NCBI GenBank assembly: GCA_977017645.1
Contig: OZ360245.1
Coordinates: 27,342,001-27,406,000 of the forward strand
DNA: 64,000 nt
Direction: 5' to 3'
Origin: Torpedo marmorata
Lineage: Eukaryota
Part shown: positions 1 through 12,600 of the stretch, piece by piece
How the letters are laid out: every line of letters starts with the position of its first letter
Position numbering within the stretch: position 1 is the first letter of the stretch
Notes under the pieces: model-generated
The model's database searches: none
What the model was told of the DNA's origin: nothing
Seen by the model: only the letters and a program-made list of their open reading frames with translations
Position numbers and translations under genes: made by a program

Positions 1-1430
1 AGTTTAGCTCAGGGTGGAGTTGCGGAGATTCTGTTCCTTTATCTTGTGTGACCGAGAGGAAGACCGAGTGGCTGGGGGGGGGGGGGGGGATGTTCCTCCT
101 CACTGAATACAAATCCAATTGGCGCATAACTTGCACCTTGCACGGTCCTCATTACCATCTATTCAATGAAGTTTCGCCAACAGTTGTCTCTGCAGTAAAT
201 CCGCGTCTTTACGAAGCACAAGGCGCCAGCTGTTTCCCCAGAATGACCGGCAGTAACCCCTCGCAGTTCGTCCTGTTCTCATTGTGCAGGAGAATGAAAG
301 GGGTCTCGGATTCGCTGACCGAGAGTAACCCCGCTACGTGGACAAGTTTCAGATATTCCTGCTTTCATGAACATTTTGCAAACAACCTGCGATTTTCTTT
401 TGTTTCTCGTTGACTCCGAGACACTGTAAAAAAAAAACCAACAACGATCTAAATGCTTTTTGAACAAAAAACATTCGCCTGAAATCTTCTAATTCCAATT
501 GTGACCCTTTTAAGTGAAATGACACATCACACTTGCTCTGCACGGAACAGTCTGCTGGGTATTATATAATACCAGGTAACCCAAAAGATACCGAAAGTAA
601 GTACTTAACGATAATTGCAGAAACAGTGCAATTTCAGCAAAGATTTATAGAAGAATAATCTGTTTTATAATGTGGAGACATCTGCATCTGAATTTGAAAT
701 GAGTATAGTTAATACCGCCGGATTTTTCCTCCTTTCTGTCATCTGCATCAAGAGGACGAGGAGCTTGCTCGCGATTTCGAGCGGACGTCTTCTGCCTTGA
801 AGAGTTGATATTCCATTCGACCCGGCTCCCCTGAGAGAGAGAGAGAGAACGCCATCGCATGTTGCCTCGTATGATTTGACATCAGCTGTGCCGGTCCTTT
901 CAACCCCGAGGGGCATTCAGCTTCACCAATCCCTCTCGGCTGTTCTCCTGAACAAAGGGAGCCAGGGGAAGTCAGCTGGAATTCGCTAAGCACATTTCAG
1001 AGTCCTTTATTAAAGGGAACTTTGTTTTCACATTCCACTAGGAGTTTGGCACCCGCTGTGATTTTTAAACCGATGGCGAATGGTACACGTGCTGGGAAGG
1101 GAGAACTGAAAATGGATAAGATTGAGCGAATTAATAGAAATTATTTCCTAATAAGGCTATTCATATAGTTATTCCGCCAGTCTTAGATATCATAACAACT
1201 TTATGATTCTAAAACATTTAAAACTCCATTTTAAATGGATCAATGCAAACCGACCAGCAGTGGAATCACTTTGCACAGACATGTTCTGTGTACCTGCGGT
1301 GTTTGGACTGCACTGTTACATGCCCGTCCTAATTCTCCATGTTGTCAGCAGCCTTCCTGCCAATGTAGAGGACACTTTGTCATTCAACAGCATTGCCGCC
1401 GCCCAGTCCATAACATTCTGGGAATCACCA

Positions 1431-2075
1431 TCAAAGTTCAAAAGTTCAAATTTATTGTCAGAGTACAAACATGACATCACATACAACCCTGAGATTCTTT
1501 TTTTGCGGGCCAGGCAGAATTTCTAATTACCGGTAACTGTGAACTGTACTCAAAGAAAGAATGAAATGTAAACAAACTGACTTTGCAAATGCAGATGTAT
1601 ACAGTGATAAATAATGAGCAAAATACAAGTCCTGAAATGAACCTCTGAATTAGTCTGTTGTTCAGAAGTCTGGTAGTTGAGGGGTAGCAACTATTCGTGA
1701 ACCTGGTGGTAAGAGTCCTGTGGCACCTGGACCTCCTTCCTGATGGCAGCAGTGAGAACAGAGCATATCCTGGGTGGTGCGGATCCTTGATGATTGCTGC
1801 TGCTCTCCGACAGCAACGTTCCATGTAGATATTCTCGATGGTGGGTAGAGTTTTGCCTGTGATGTACTGGGCTGAGTCCACTACCTTTTCTGCTCAGGGG
1901 TATTGGTGTCCCCTTACCAGACCGTGATGCAGCCGGTCAGCACACTTTCCACAACACGTCTGTAGAAGTTGGCCAAGGTTTCTGATGACATACTGAACCT
2001 CAGCAAACTCCTGAGGAATTAGAGGCGCTGACATGCTTTCTTCGCAATGGTAGGACAGGTCCTCCGAGATAGTGA
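1431..2075 (-). mobile_element. Rex/Babar-type LINE, 3' fragment
   Basis: IIKDPHHPGYALFSLLPSGRR C-terminal motif plus an AATAAA tail; boundaries approximate. Confidence 0.85.
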
Positions 2076-2142
2076 CCCATTGACAATAAACAATAATCAC
2101 GTAGATATGGCTACAGGAGCAGGTTGGAGTCTTGGCTATTTT

Positions 2143-2292
2143 CAAGTCAAGTCATGTCAAGTTTATTGTCATCTGATTGGACAAGTACAACCCGACGAAA
2201 CAGCATTCTCCGGTCCTTGGTGCAAAACATGCAGACACACAACCTGACATAACACACATACAGACAAACGAGACATATGCAGGACAAGTATT

Positions 2293-2360
<68 letters not shown>

Positions 2361-2705
2361 CAGAAGTATTGGATGGTTAGTGTGAGCAGTACCTTTGCTC
2401 TTTCAGCATTCCCACTGCCCGTGGGAAGAAGCTGTTTCTCAGCCTGGTGGTGCTGGCTCTGATACTCCTGTATCTCTTTCCTGATGGAAGCAGCTGAAAG
2501 ATGCTGTGTGCAGGGTGGAAGGGGTCCTCAATGATTTTGCGCGCCCTCTTCAGACAACGATCCCGGTAGATCACGTCGATGGGGGGAGGGGAGGGAGACT
2601 CCAGTGATCCTCTCTGCCACTCTTATGGTCCTGTGGATTGACCTCCGATCCATTTCTCTGCAGCAACCATACCACACTGTGATGCAGCTGGCCAGGACTC
2701 TCTCA
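2143..2705 (-). mobile_element. Rex/Babar-type LINE, 3' fragment (second subfamily)
   Basis: DPFHPAHSIFQLLPSGKRYRSIRASTTRLRNSFFP. Confidence 0.85.
2293..2360. repeat. (TAGA)n microsatellite, about 17 units
   Basis: Direct tandem repeat inside a LINE 3' UTR. Confidence 0.97.
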
Positions 2706-3330
2706 ATAGAAGGCCGCAAAGGGAGCACCGGATGCAGTAAATCAATCCTGCGGATACACAAGTGAAGTGTTGCTTTATTTGAAAGGCCTGTTTGGGGCTC
2801 CAGACTGTGGTGAGGGAGGAGGTGTGGGCGCAAGTGTGGCACCTCCTGCAGCACAGAGGCTGGTGCCGGGGTGGGGGGGGGGAGATTGGTGGGGAGGGAT
2901 GAGTGCACAAGAGAGTCACGGAGGGAGCGGTCCCTACAGAAGGCAGAGAGGGGAGGAGAGGGGAAGATATGTCTGGTAGTGGAATCCTGTTGTAAGTGCC
3001 GGAAATTCCGGAGGATGATGTGTTGGATGCGGAGGCTGGTGGGGTGGTAGTTAAGGACAAGGGGAATCCTGTGTTGTTGCGTCTGGGGGCAGAGGGGGCC
3101 AGGGCAGATGAGCTGGAAATTGAGGAGATGCGGGTGAGGGCTGAGTTGATGGTGGTGGAGGGGAAGCCTCGTTTGTGGAAGAAGGCAGATATTTTCGAAG
3201 ATCTGGACTGGAAGACCTCATCTTTGGAACAGATGTGACGGAGACGGAGAAATTGTGAGAAGGGAATAGAATCCTTGCAGGGGACAGGGTGTGAGAAATT
3301 GTAGTCGAGGTGTGGGAGAACCTTCCCCAG
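2706..3330 (-). mobile_element. Penelope-like element fragment (RT thumb to GIY-YIG linker)
   Basis: LDY.SHP..CKDSIPFSQFLRLR.ICS and CHTC...FTC.S..LIYCIRC motifs, frameshifted. Confidence 0.85.
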
Positions 3331-3459
3331 AAACATCCATGGCCATTCAAAAAGACTGACCACTAACAACACGGGATGGGGGGAGGGGTGGTATTAGGGA
3401 TAATGAGTGAAAGTTGACTTTACCAAAAAAATGAATGAAGAAATGAGCCATCTACATAT

Positions 3460-3968
3460 TTCAGATTTATTGTCAGAGTACACACATGACATCACATACA
3501 ACCCTGAGATTCTTTTTCCTGCGGGCGAGGCAGAATTTTGTTATTGCAAAAAGAAACTGTACACAACGTACACATAAAAAAAATAAAGAAATGTAAACAA
3601 ACTGACTGTGCAATGCGAGAGGTAAAAAAATCAATGAAGTGCAAAAGTAAGAGTCCTTAAATGAGTCCCTGATTGAGTTTGTTGTTGGGGAGTCTGATGG
3701 CGGAGGGGTAGCAGCTGTTCCTGAACCTAGTACTGCATGTCTTGTGGCACCTATACCTTTTTCCTGATCGTAGCAGCGAGAACAGAGCGTGTGCTGGGTG
3801 GTGTGGATCCTTACTGATTGTTGCTGCTCTCCGACGGCAGCGTTCCCTGTAGATATTCTCGATGCTGAGGAGGGTTCTGCCTGTGATATTCTGGGCTGTG
3901 TCCACTACCTTTTGCAAGGCTTTATGCTCAGGGGTAATGGTGTCCCCATACCACACCATGATGCATCC
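3460..3968 (-). mobile_element. Rex/Babar-type LINE, 3' fragment
   Basis: KDPHHPAHALFSLL.SGKRYR; same tail as the copy at 1431. Confidence 0.85.
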
Positions 3969-4115
3969 GCTAAGGGTCTGCTGAGGTTCTGGAGTTGAAC
4001 ATAAGTGGCTCCAGTTAATGGTATTAGATTTATTTTCATGAAAGCTCTAATTAGAAGTTATAAAAGGGAAATGTACTGTAAATAAAGCAACAAATAAATT
4101 GTACAAAGTAGTTTA

Positions 4116-4384
4116 GGGTGGCACGGTTGGCGTAGCGGTTAGCACAATGCCTTTACAATGCCAGCGATTGGGACCGGGGTTCGAATCCCGCGCTGTCTGT
4201 AAGGAGTTTATACGTTCTCCCCGTGTCTGCGTGGGTTTTCTCCGGGGGCTCCGATTTCCTCCCACCATTCGAAACGTACCGAGGGTGTAGGTTAATTGGG
4301 TGTAAATTGGGCGGCACAGACTAGTAGGCCGAAATGGCCTGTTACCGTGCTGTATGTCTAATTAAAAATTAAAATTAAATTAAA
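4116..4384 (+). mobile_element. tRNA-derived SINE
   Basis: A box TGGCGTAGCGG, B box GGTTCGAATCC, AT-rich tail; further copies at 27736, 36433 and 40345. Confidence 0.85.
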
Positions 4385-5304
4385 TACTGGTACACTGGTA
4401 TAAGTAAAGTAGGAAAGGTCTGAAGCCGGAGCCAGCTTTTTGCAAATGAATTGGGATTGCATCAATAAGTGGTTCAACAACTTTTATAAGAATGCGTAGA
4501 TGTATATAGATCACTTGCAGAGATGTTAATTGTTTCAAGAATCCTGAGTTGAGGTTTTAGTTTCGAGAACGATTTGCACTTATATGCCATGTTTGAAAAT
4601 CACAAATCCAAACGACATTACAACCAATGAAGCATTTTGAAGATTTTTCACTCTTGCAATGTAGGATGTGGACAAACCAATATGTATACAGCATTTACCC
4701 ACAGCAAGCTATTCGTCAAATAATATTGGTGATTTTTCCCCTCCAAACCATAGTATATCCATAAAATTTGCAATTGATAATGTAGCACATGTTGCCACTC
4801 TCAGTGCAAGATGTCACTTTATTTGTATGAACAATACATCGTTTCTTTAACATTCCATGAGCAATACTGTGAGTTTTTCCACAGGATCCAGCTCTTCAAT
4901 GAACAATGGAAAGGTGTGGCCTTTCCCAAAAGCCTTTTGCTGTGTCTGAGCCAGGTTTCAGTGAATCATACAGACAGTTGTGAATAGATCCTTGAACTGG
5001 GAGACCAGTAAGTTTCAGGCATTTCTTTAAGTTGATAATCTTCCAACAGAAGTTGGTGTTTCCCTCAGTGTGCATTCGTTGGATCAGCCTGTAGATCCCA
5101 GAGTTCTGTGGTAAAGCTGTTTGGGATGAACCTCAACAAAGACATGGCATCTCCTTCCAGAACTTCTTGGTAAATGCATATTCTAGAGCAGTGGTTCTCA
5201 ACCTTTTCATTTCCATTCACATACCACCTTAAATAATCCCTTACTAACCACAGAGCACCTATGGCATAGGATGCCACTCCCGCCCTGGGAAAAAGGTGCT
5301 GACT

Positions 5305-6150
5305 GTCAAGATTCAATTTATTGTCATAGTAATAAGACAGTGTCATATTCCATGAGATTTCTTTTTGCCTGCTGCAAGGCAGACAGATTCGCCACCGGCA
5401 GAATTTGCCTAAGCGCCTCTAACATTCCTTACAGTCAGAGAAAGAGAAGCAAAAGAGAGTCCCCCCAGAGTCACCGAGTGCCTGTAGATTCGCCTCCAGC
5501 GCTTCCGCAGCCACACAGAGTCCAGTCCAGACCATCGGCAACCCGAGCTCCAGATCTGAACTTCCGACACGGTCAGGAACCCTTCGGTGCCCTCGGCACC
5601 CCCTCACATCCCGGTTCCGATACCTGGTACTCCTCCAGCCAGTTCCAGCCAGCCTCCAGCAGTCCACAGCCCGGCGTGAGTCCCCCGACAGCAGTCTCCA
5701 GCAGCCCACAGCCTCTGCGGGTTCCTCGCCTCGAGTCGCCAGCAGCCCGCTGCATGCACTGGTCCTTCAGCCTCAGAGCCCCTCACTGGTCCGCCGCCGT
5801 GGTCACCGTCCCGTGGGTCATCTCCTTCGCTTCTCCTTCTCAGATGGGGGGTGATCTTTCCATCCTCTGGTGCCCTGCTCCAGTCCTCCGCTTCCCCGGA
5901 GTCTGCAGCCCCTTGTGGCTGCTGCCGGTTAAAAGGCGCTGCCATCTTGGGAGCCTTTAAGTTGCGGGATCTCAAATAAAACCACCGTTGGCTCCCTCAA
6001 CGGGCCGTTCAAAGCCCGTGCGGAGCCGACGGCAGTCGACTGGGTGGCTGGACCCCACGGGAGCGCTGCATCTCTGCTCCCTCGCTCCCTGCGGGTCTGC
6101 ACCAGCGGCAGCGCTTCCGCTACAGCATCTCTGGCAGTGCCACCATGACA
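5305..6150 (-). mobile_element. Non-autonomous GC-rich retroelement with a LINE-like AATAAA tail
   Basis: Homologous copies at 10681-11093, 52946-53240 (opposite orientation) and 23695-23810. Confidence 0.7.
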
Positions 6151-6744
6151 TTTACGTTATCTACCTTATCTATGCCTCTCATAATCTACCTTATCTATGC
6201 CTCTCATAATCTTGTAGAACTCTATTGTCACTTCTCGTCCTTCTTCGCTCCAAAGAGAAAATCCCTAGCTCTGCTAACCTTACCCGCAAGACACATTCTC
6301 CAATCCAGTCAATACGCCTGTGATACTGAGACTCTTTCCCATCCATGTACCTGTTCAAATGTCTTTTAAATGACACAATTGTATCTGTTTCTATCATTTT
6401 CTCCGATAGCATTGTAGGAATGCCGGGAATAAATTGCTCTCTACACATCTTTTGGATATGGTGTGTGGCTGAATGCACATGCTGTTTCCAATCTACACAG
6501 CTCAAACCCATTGAAGCAACAATGGGTGAACTCACAATGCGTCCATGAAATCTGCTGGAAGAGGACAGTCACCTTCCTCCCAGGTTGTCTTCTGAAGATC
6601 GAAGCTGAAGCTTCATTGTAGGATCAGATTTTGCTGCAGACTACAAGGGGAAAGTGCTGACCTCACAAGGATGAAGAATTATCATCCAGCAAAGCAATAG
6701 CACTAAGTAACAGTTACCACCCATGCAAAAGACACCAAGATTGG

Positions 6745-8205
6745 AACGTAGAACCATAGAACATTACAGCACAGAAGCAGGCCCTTTGGCTCTCCTAGTC
6801 TGTGCCAAACTTTTATTCTGCCTAGTCCCACTGACCTACCCCCACTCATATCCCTCGATACCCCTCCCATCCATGTACCTGTCCAAATTCTTCTTAAAAT
6901 TGAGCCTGCATTCACCATTTCAGATGGCAGCTCGTTCCACCTCTCTCCAAGTGAAGAAATTCCCCATAATGTTCCCCCTAAACTTTTCCCCTTTCACCCT
7001 TAACCCATGTCCTCTAGTTTGTATCTCGCCTACCCTTAGGGGAAAAAGCCTACTTGCATTTACTCTACTATGCCCATCATCATTTCGTATATCTCAATCA
7101 AATCTCCCCTCACTCTTCTACGCTCCAAGGAATAAAGTCCTAACCTGTTTAACCTTTCCCTGTAACTCAGTTCCTCCTCAAGTCCAGGCAGCATCCTAGT
7201 AAATCTTCTCTGCACTCTTTCAATCTTATTGATTGCTTTCCTATAGTTAGGTGACCAAAACTGCACACAATACTCCAAATTTTTACTCACCAAAGTCTTA
7301 TACAAATTTACCATAATATCCAAAATCCTATACTCAATACTTTTATTTATGAAGGCTCATTTAAGAAAGGATGTGCTGACGTTGAAGAGGGTTCAGAGGA
7401 GGTTCACAAGGATGATTCTGGGAATGAAAGGGTTATCATATGAGGAGCATTTGACGGCTCTTGGCCTGTACTCATTGGAATTTAGGAGAATGAGGGGGGA
7501 TCTCATTGAAACATTTCAAATGTTGAAATGTGTGGTCACAGTAGATGTAGAAAGGTAGTTTCCCATGGTGGGAGAGTCCAGGACAAGAGGCCAGAATTTC
7601 AGGATTGAAGGGCGTCTGCAAAGAACAGAGATGCGGAGGAATTCCTTTAGCCAGAGGGTGGTAAATCTGTGGAATTTATTGCCACAGGCAGTTGTGGAGG
7701 TCAGGTCATTGGGTGTATTTAAGGCAGAGATTAACAGATTCTTGATTAGCCAGGGCATCAAAGGTTATGGGGAGAAGGCCGGGTATACAGTGAGGCTAAG
7801 TGGGAAAATTAATCACCTCATGTTTAAATGGCGGGGCAGACTTGATGAGCTGAATAGCCTATTTCTGCTCCTATGTCTTATGGACTTGTGGTCTTAATGT
7901 GCCAAAAGCTCTCTTCACGACCTTATCTAACTGTGATGCCACTTTCAGGGAATTATGTATCTGTATTCCCAGATCCTTCTGTTCTACCACACTCTTCAGT
8001 GCCCTATCATTTACTGTCTATGTCCTACCTTGGTTAGTCCTTCCATAATGCAACACCTCACACTTATCGCCATTAACTTCCATCTGTCATTTTGCAACCC
8101 ATTTTTCCAGCTGGTCCAGATCCCTCTGCAAGCTTTGAAAGCCTTGCTTACTGTCCACAACACCCCTAATCTTTGTATCATCTGCAAACGTGCTGATCCA
8201 ATTTA
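6745..8205 (-). mobile_element. CR1 LINE 3' fragment interrupted by a second, opposite-strand CR1 (about 7357-7896)
   Basis: LEYCVQFWSP, ERVQRRFTRM, FADDTKI on -; RVQRRFTRM and FSQRVVNLWN.LP on +. Confidence 0.88.
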
Positions 8206-9046
8206 AGTGTTCTTTCTGAAATGCCCTTTGTGATGAGAACAGGGGGTTAAAGAACTTGGATTTAAGTAACACAATTCTGTCTTCAAGATAACTTTGTCAG
8301 ATAAAAATACTCTGGGATTATTTTATATCTTTCCGAAAAGTAAAACGCGGCTGAGGTCCTGGAGAAGAAAAGCTCTACTGCTAGATTCCTAGGGGGTTTA
8401 TGGTGTGGGAGATGTGGAGGAGGATTGTGAGGATGAACTCCCTTCAGTGGAGTGGCTGGCTCGTGAGAAATGATGGTTGATCTCTGTAATTGTGACAAAC
8501 CTAAGTGTTACTTTTTGCTTTGCAAAATGATACCATCCAATGTCAAATATAAAGCTTAATCGATTAGAGAATTTAAATGAAACTCCAAATGCTCGTGCTT
8601 TTTGGCATATTTTCTTTTTGGGGGGGGGGGGTACACTGAGCAAAAGCGCATAATTGAACAAAGTATCTCAAGAAAAGGCTTTACACTGCAATAATTATGA
8701 TGTAAGCTTGACAAATACAGATCGCCCCGTTGTTCGAGGACAATCGGCGACAAAACAGTCCTTTTCATTTTCAGTGGGTTCAACCTTAAACAAAAACCCT
8801 TTTACACATTTGAATGTGAATTAAGTCACGTTTGTTCCCACGATCTCTCGGACGTGTCTTTTCGCGGGGGGGAAAAAAAAAAACAAAACACAAAAGAAAT
8901 CAAGTCAGAGTGGAGCGCTCGGAGGGGACTTGCTAAAATCCCACACGAAACTGAAGCTGATCGGTCCTTACACATCATCCGATCTCTGACCGCCAAGGAA
9001 ATCTCTCCCCACCACTCCTCCCTTCCAAACCGTGGTGCTCGGCGAC

Positions 9047-9055
9047 TTTATAAGG
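9047..9055 (+). promoter_or_regulatory. Candidate TATA box of PROCA1
   Basis: tttataagg about 110 nt upstream of the ATG, at the edge of a CpG-rich region. Confidence 0.5.
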
Positions 9056-9161
9056 AGTTCTCCAAGGTAACTGGAGGTCAGAATCGGTGGGGGCAGATGG
9101 GGCAATAGGAGTCAGCGCTGTCACTCTCGGCGGCGGTGCTGAAGTTGGCCCGGTCGCCGCG

Positions 9162-9687
9162 ATGTTGCCGCTTCTCCTGGCGCTGCTGTGCTCCTCGGCG
9201 AACCACCTTGCCAGCGCTTGGGAGAGGGCAGGGGCGCCGGAGACCAGCTATCGGATGGACGGCCGCTACTGCGCGAAGAGCTCCGCCGTGCCGAGCGCCG
9301 CAGGGCAGCTGATCTTCACCCAGATGAGCGACGGCGCGGAGATGGTCAAAGCCATGTCGCGCAGCGATGGGCAAGTGCTGGAGTGCTGGCTCACCGGCGA
9401 CCCAGCGGCGGTCCGACCTTTTGTCAACGGCTGCACCCTCCGCCCTTTCACCGGCGGCATCGGCCTGGGGCGGCGGTGGGCGGAGGGTCGAGCCGACTGC
9501 CGCAGCTTCCTCCGCCGCAGAGGAGCGGCGACCCTGGCTCTTCCCCGGGGAGGCGCGGCTGCCGTCCGGGTGCCTCGCAGCGCCGGCTCGGGGGGAGCGA
9601 CTCTTCACAGGAGTAAAAGAGGTTTCACTTACCCCGGGACTCTGTGGTGCGGGGCGGGGAATAACGCCGACAGCTACGACCATTTGG
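9162..9687 (+). CDS. PROCA1: PROCA1/PLA2-III exon 1 (signal peptide, propeptide, furin site, Ca-binding loop)
   Basis: gccgcgATG at 9162; ends DHL-G|gtaaca, phase 1; CpG-rich. Confidence 0.88.
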
Positions 9688-12600
9688 GTAACAGCACAGG
9701 ACAACAACATCTTTATTGCCGTGTTGCTTCACTGTAATCTATCAGGGCGCTAGTTAGCAGATCGTTTGGCTGGTTAATGCCAATGTTTTAAAGCAACCGC
9801 CTGCAGCCACAGGTGTTTTAGAGCAATGGTTCTCAACTTTCCCCCCCCCCCCCCACTCACATACCACTTTAACTAATCCCTTTCTCACCACAGAGCACCT
9901 CCGGCATCCTAAGCCTTGAGGTGAACTGTGGTGAGTAAGGTAGTATGTGAGTGGAAAGAAAAGGTCGAGATAGAACCACCGTTTCAGAGCGAATAAATGT
10001 CATTCCCATGTTCCCAGCGTGGAATGTCTTCGGGTGTAACTCAGGCTTAAACTCTGCGATCTCGTGTATTCTATTCCACACAGACTCAGAATCACAATTT
10101 ATTGTCATGAACATGTCGCGAAATTCGACTCCCGGTAGAAATTGGTGTTTAAAGCCAACGTTGGCATAAACGAGAACATAACATGCCGGGGGAAGAACGC
10201 ACCAAGTCAGACAGCATCTGTGGAAAGAGAAGCCCCTTCCTGATTCCTTTGCACCCATGCTGCCTGCCCTGGTGGGCATTTTCTATGGGTTTTGTTTCAG
10301 AGTTCAGGCAGCTGCAGGATTGTCATTTTTGGCATAGCTGGTACCGTTCCAGTGTTTTAATCACCCGTTTGGCGGCATTTGACATTGTTTGCTTTCTCTC
10401 TCTCTCTCTCTCAGGCGAGTTTTCGGAGACGGACAAATGCTGCCGGGAACATGACCATTGTGCTCATGTGATCTACCCCCTCGCTTATTCCTACGGCCAC
10501 AGGAACTTCAGGCTGCACACTCTGAGCCATTGTGACTGCGATGTTGAGTAGGTCGCGGCCTGTTCATTGGGAGGGAATTTAATGGAGAAATAGAACACGG
10601 AACAGTGCAGGAACAGGCCCTTCCGCCCAAGTGTCTGCCCCGAACATGATGCCCAAATTATACTGAGGCTTCTGCTGCTTTCAAGATTCAAGATTATTTT
10701 ATTGTCATGTAATAAAACCGAAAATGTGATATTACACACAATTTCCTTAAGGTAAAGCTTCGCCATCAGCAGAAATTCCCCAGCGCCCCTTACAGTCAGA
10801 AAAAGAGAAGCAAAAGAGACCCCTACCCCACCCCACCCAATCATTGAGTGTTCATGGATTCGCCTCCAGCGCTCCCGCAGCCACACAGAGTCCAGTCCAA
10901 ACCATCGCAACCCGAGCACCAGATGCAAACCTCTGACACGATCAGGAAGCCTCCAGCACCCTCGACACCCTCTCGCGTCCCGGTTCCGATACCTGCTACC
11001 CCTTCAGCCAGTCCACAGCCTGGTGTGAGTCCCTTGACCGCGGTCACCAGCAGCCCGCAGACCGCTTGGGTTCCTCGCCTCGAGTCGCCAACAGGATAAA
11101 AATCCCTCTAGACCAGTGGTTTTCAAACTGCCCCCCTAAACTCACATTCCACCTTAAGCAATCCCTATGCCGTAAGTGCTCTGTGATTAGTAAGGGGTTG
11201 CTTAAGGTGGTATGTGAGTGGAAAGAAAAAGGTTTGAAAACCACTGTTTTAATCGTACCTAATTGACTCGTTATGTGCACGGTTTCATAACTCCAAAGGA
11301 AATGGGCCAATGACAATTTTTCTCAAGCAAAATATTTCAGTAACAATTGGGTCTAGAGCAGAGGTTCTCAACCTTCCCTTCCCACTCATATACCACCTTA
11401 AGCAATCCCTTACTAATCACAGAGCACTTATGGCATAGGGATTGCTTAAGGTGGAATGTGAGTCTAGGGGGGCAGTTTGAAAACCACTGCTCTCGACCCT
11501 ACATTTTCATGTGTTTATCAAGAAGCCTCTCAAATGCTACTATCATGTCTGCTTCCACGACTACTCCCTGTAGCATGTTCAAGGCATCTACCACTCTCTG
11601 TGTAAACAAACCTCCTCTCACATCTGGAGTTAAACAAGAAAGTCTGCAGACGCTGGGGTCCAGTGCAATACACAAATGTGCAGGAGAAGCTCCCAGGCCC
11701 GAAACATCGGTGACCCTTTACTTCCTCTGGATGCTACGTGACCTGCTGAGTTTCTCCAGCATATTTGTGCATTGCTCCTCACATCTCTTTTTAACTCCTC
11801 CCCATATTTTCACATGCCCTCTTATATTTGACATTTTTACCCAGGGAAAAAGATTCTAACTACCCTAACCCAGAATTCATCACCCCAGGGCACACATTCT
11901 TGGGGAAAGAATATAATGATAATTGTGATGTAATATTTGAAGGAGGAACTCAGTAAGTCGATGTAAGGAAAAGGGAGACATTTGCATATTTTCTTTTGTC
12001 TTGCCTCCTGACTCGCACTCTTCAAATGATCTCTCCATGTAGGTTAAAGCAGTGTTTGATTCGAGTTAATGACACATCTTCCCGGGTTGTTGGTCAGGCA
12101 TTCTTCAACGTGTTAGAAGTACCTTGCTTTGAATTTGCCTATAAGGAGAAGTGTGTGGAACGGTATTGGTATGGCTGGTGAGTTCAATGTTTAATGATTA
12201 CAAGGTAGCAAATGAAGCTGGTGAGTTTACTGAACATGTTACTTGCTGGAAATAACGAACTTGTGCCCCTCCCACTTGATGCACTGCTACGCCCAGGGAG
12301 TCGAGAGCTGTTAATCTGACAAATGTGTTTAATAGAAGCAGAAAGTGCAGGAAAGACACCACACAGAACACCTATGAAGGAAGATAAAGATACATAACCA
12401 ACATTGAGCCCTTCACCAAGGTATGAGCAAAATGTAGGCAGGCGCCTGAATAAAATGGTGGGGGACGGTGGGGCATTGTGTTTTTACTTCAATCACTGTG
12501 TCTGCAGACTTTTGTGTTTTACATCACCTATGAGGGAAGAAACAGGGTAAAAGTTTCATGGATATTCATAGCTGACAGGAAAGGTTTACTTTCTCCCCCT

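Noticed and set aside
1-1000. RAB34 or another gene at the left edge
   Set aside because: No GTPase motifs or recognisable protein in the ORFs; an acceptor-like (ct)n-cag near 831 on - is not enough evidence
2528-3372. Novel chimeric protein ORFs
   Set aside because: Artefact of a Penelope fragment abutting a LINE fragment
4116-4195. tRNA gene
   Set aside because: A and B boxes continue into a SINE body and tail present in four copies
5271-5960. 229-aa Pro/Ser-rich ORF
   Set aside because: It lies within a multi-copy GC-rich repeat
6159-6208. 25-bp tandem duplication
   Set aside because: Simple duplication at a CR1 remnant; only two units, not an array
9078-9753. Overlapping and antisense ORFs (210, 142, 128 aa)
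   Set aside because: Expected shadow ORFs of a GC-rich exon, with no recognisable motifs
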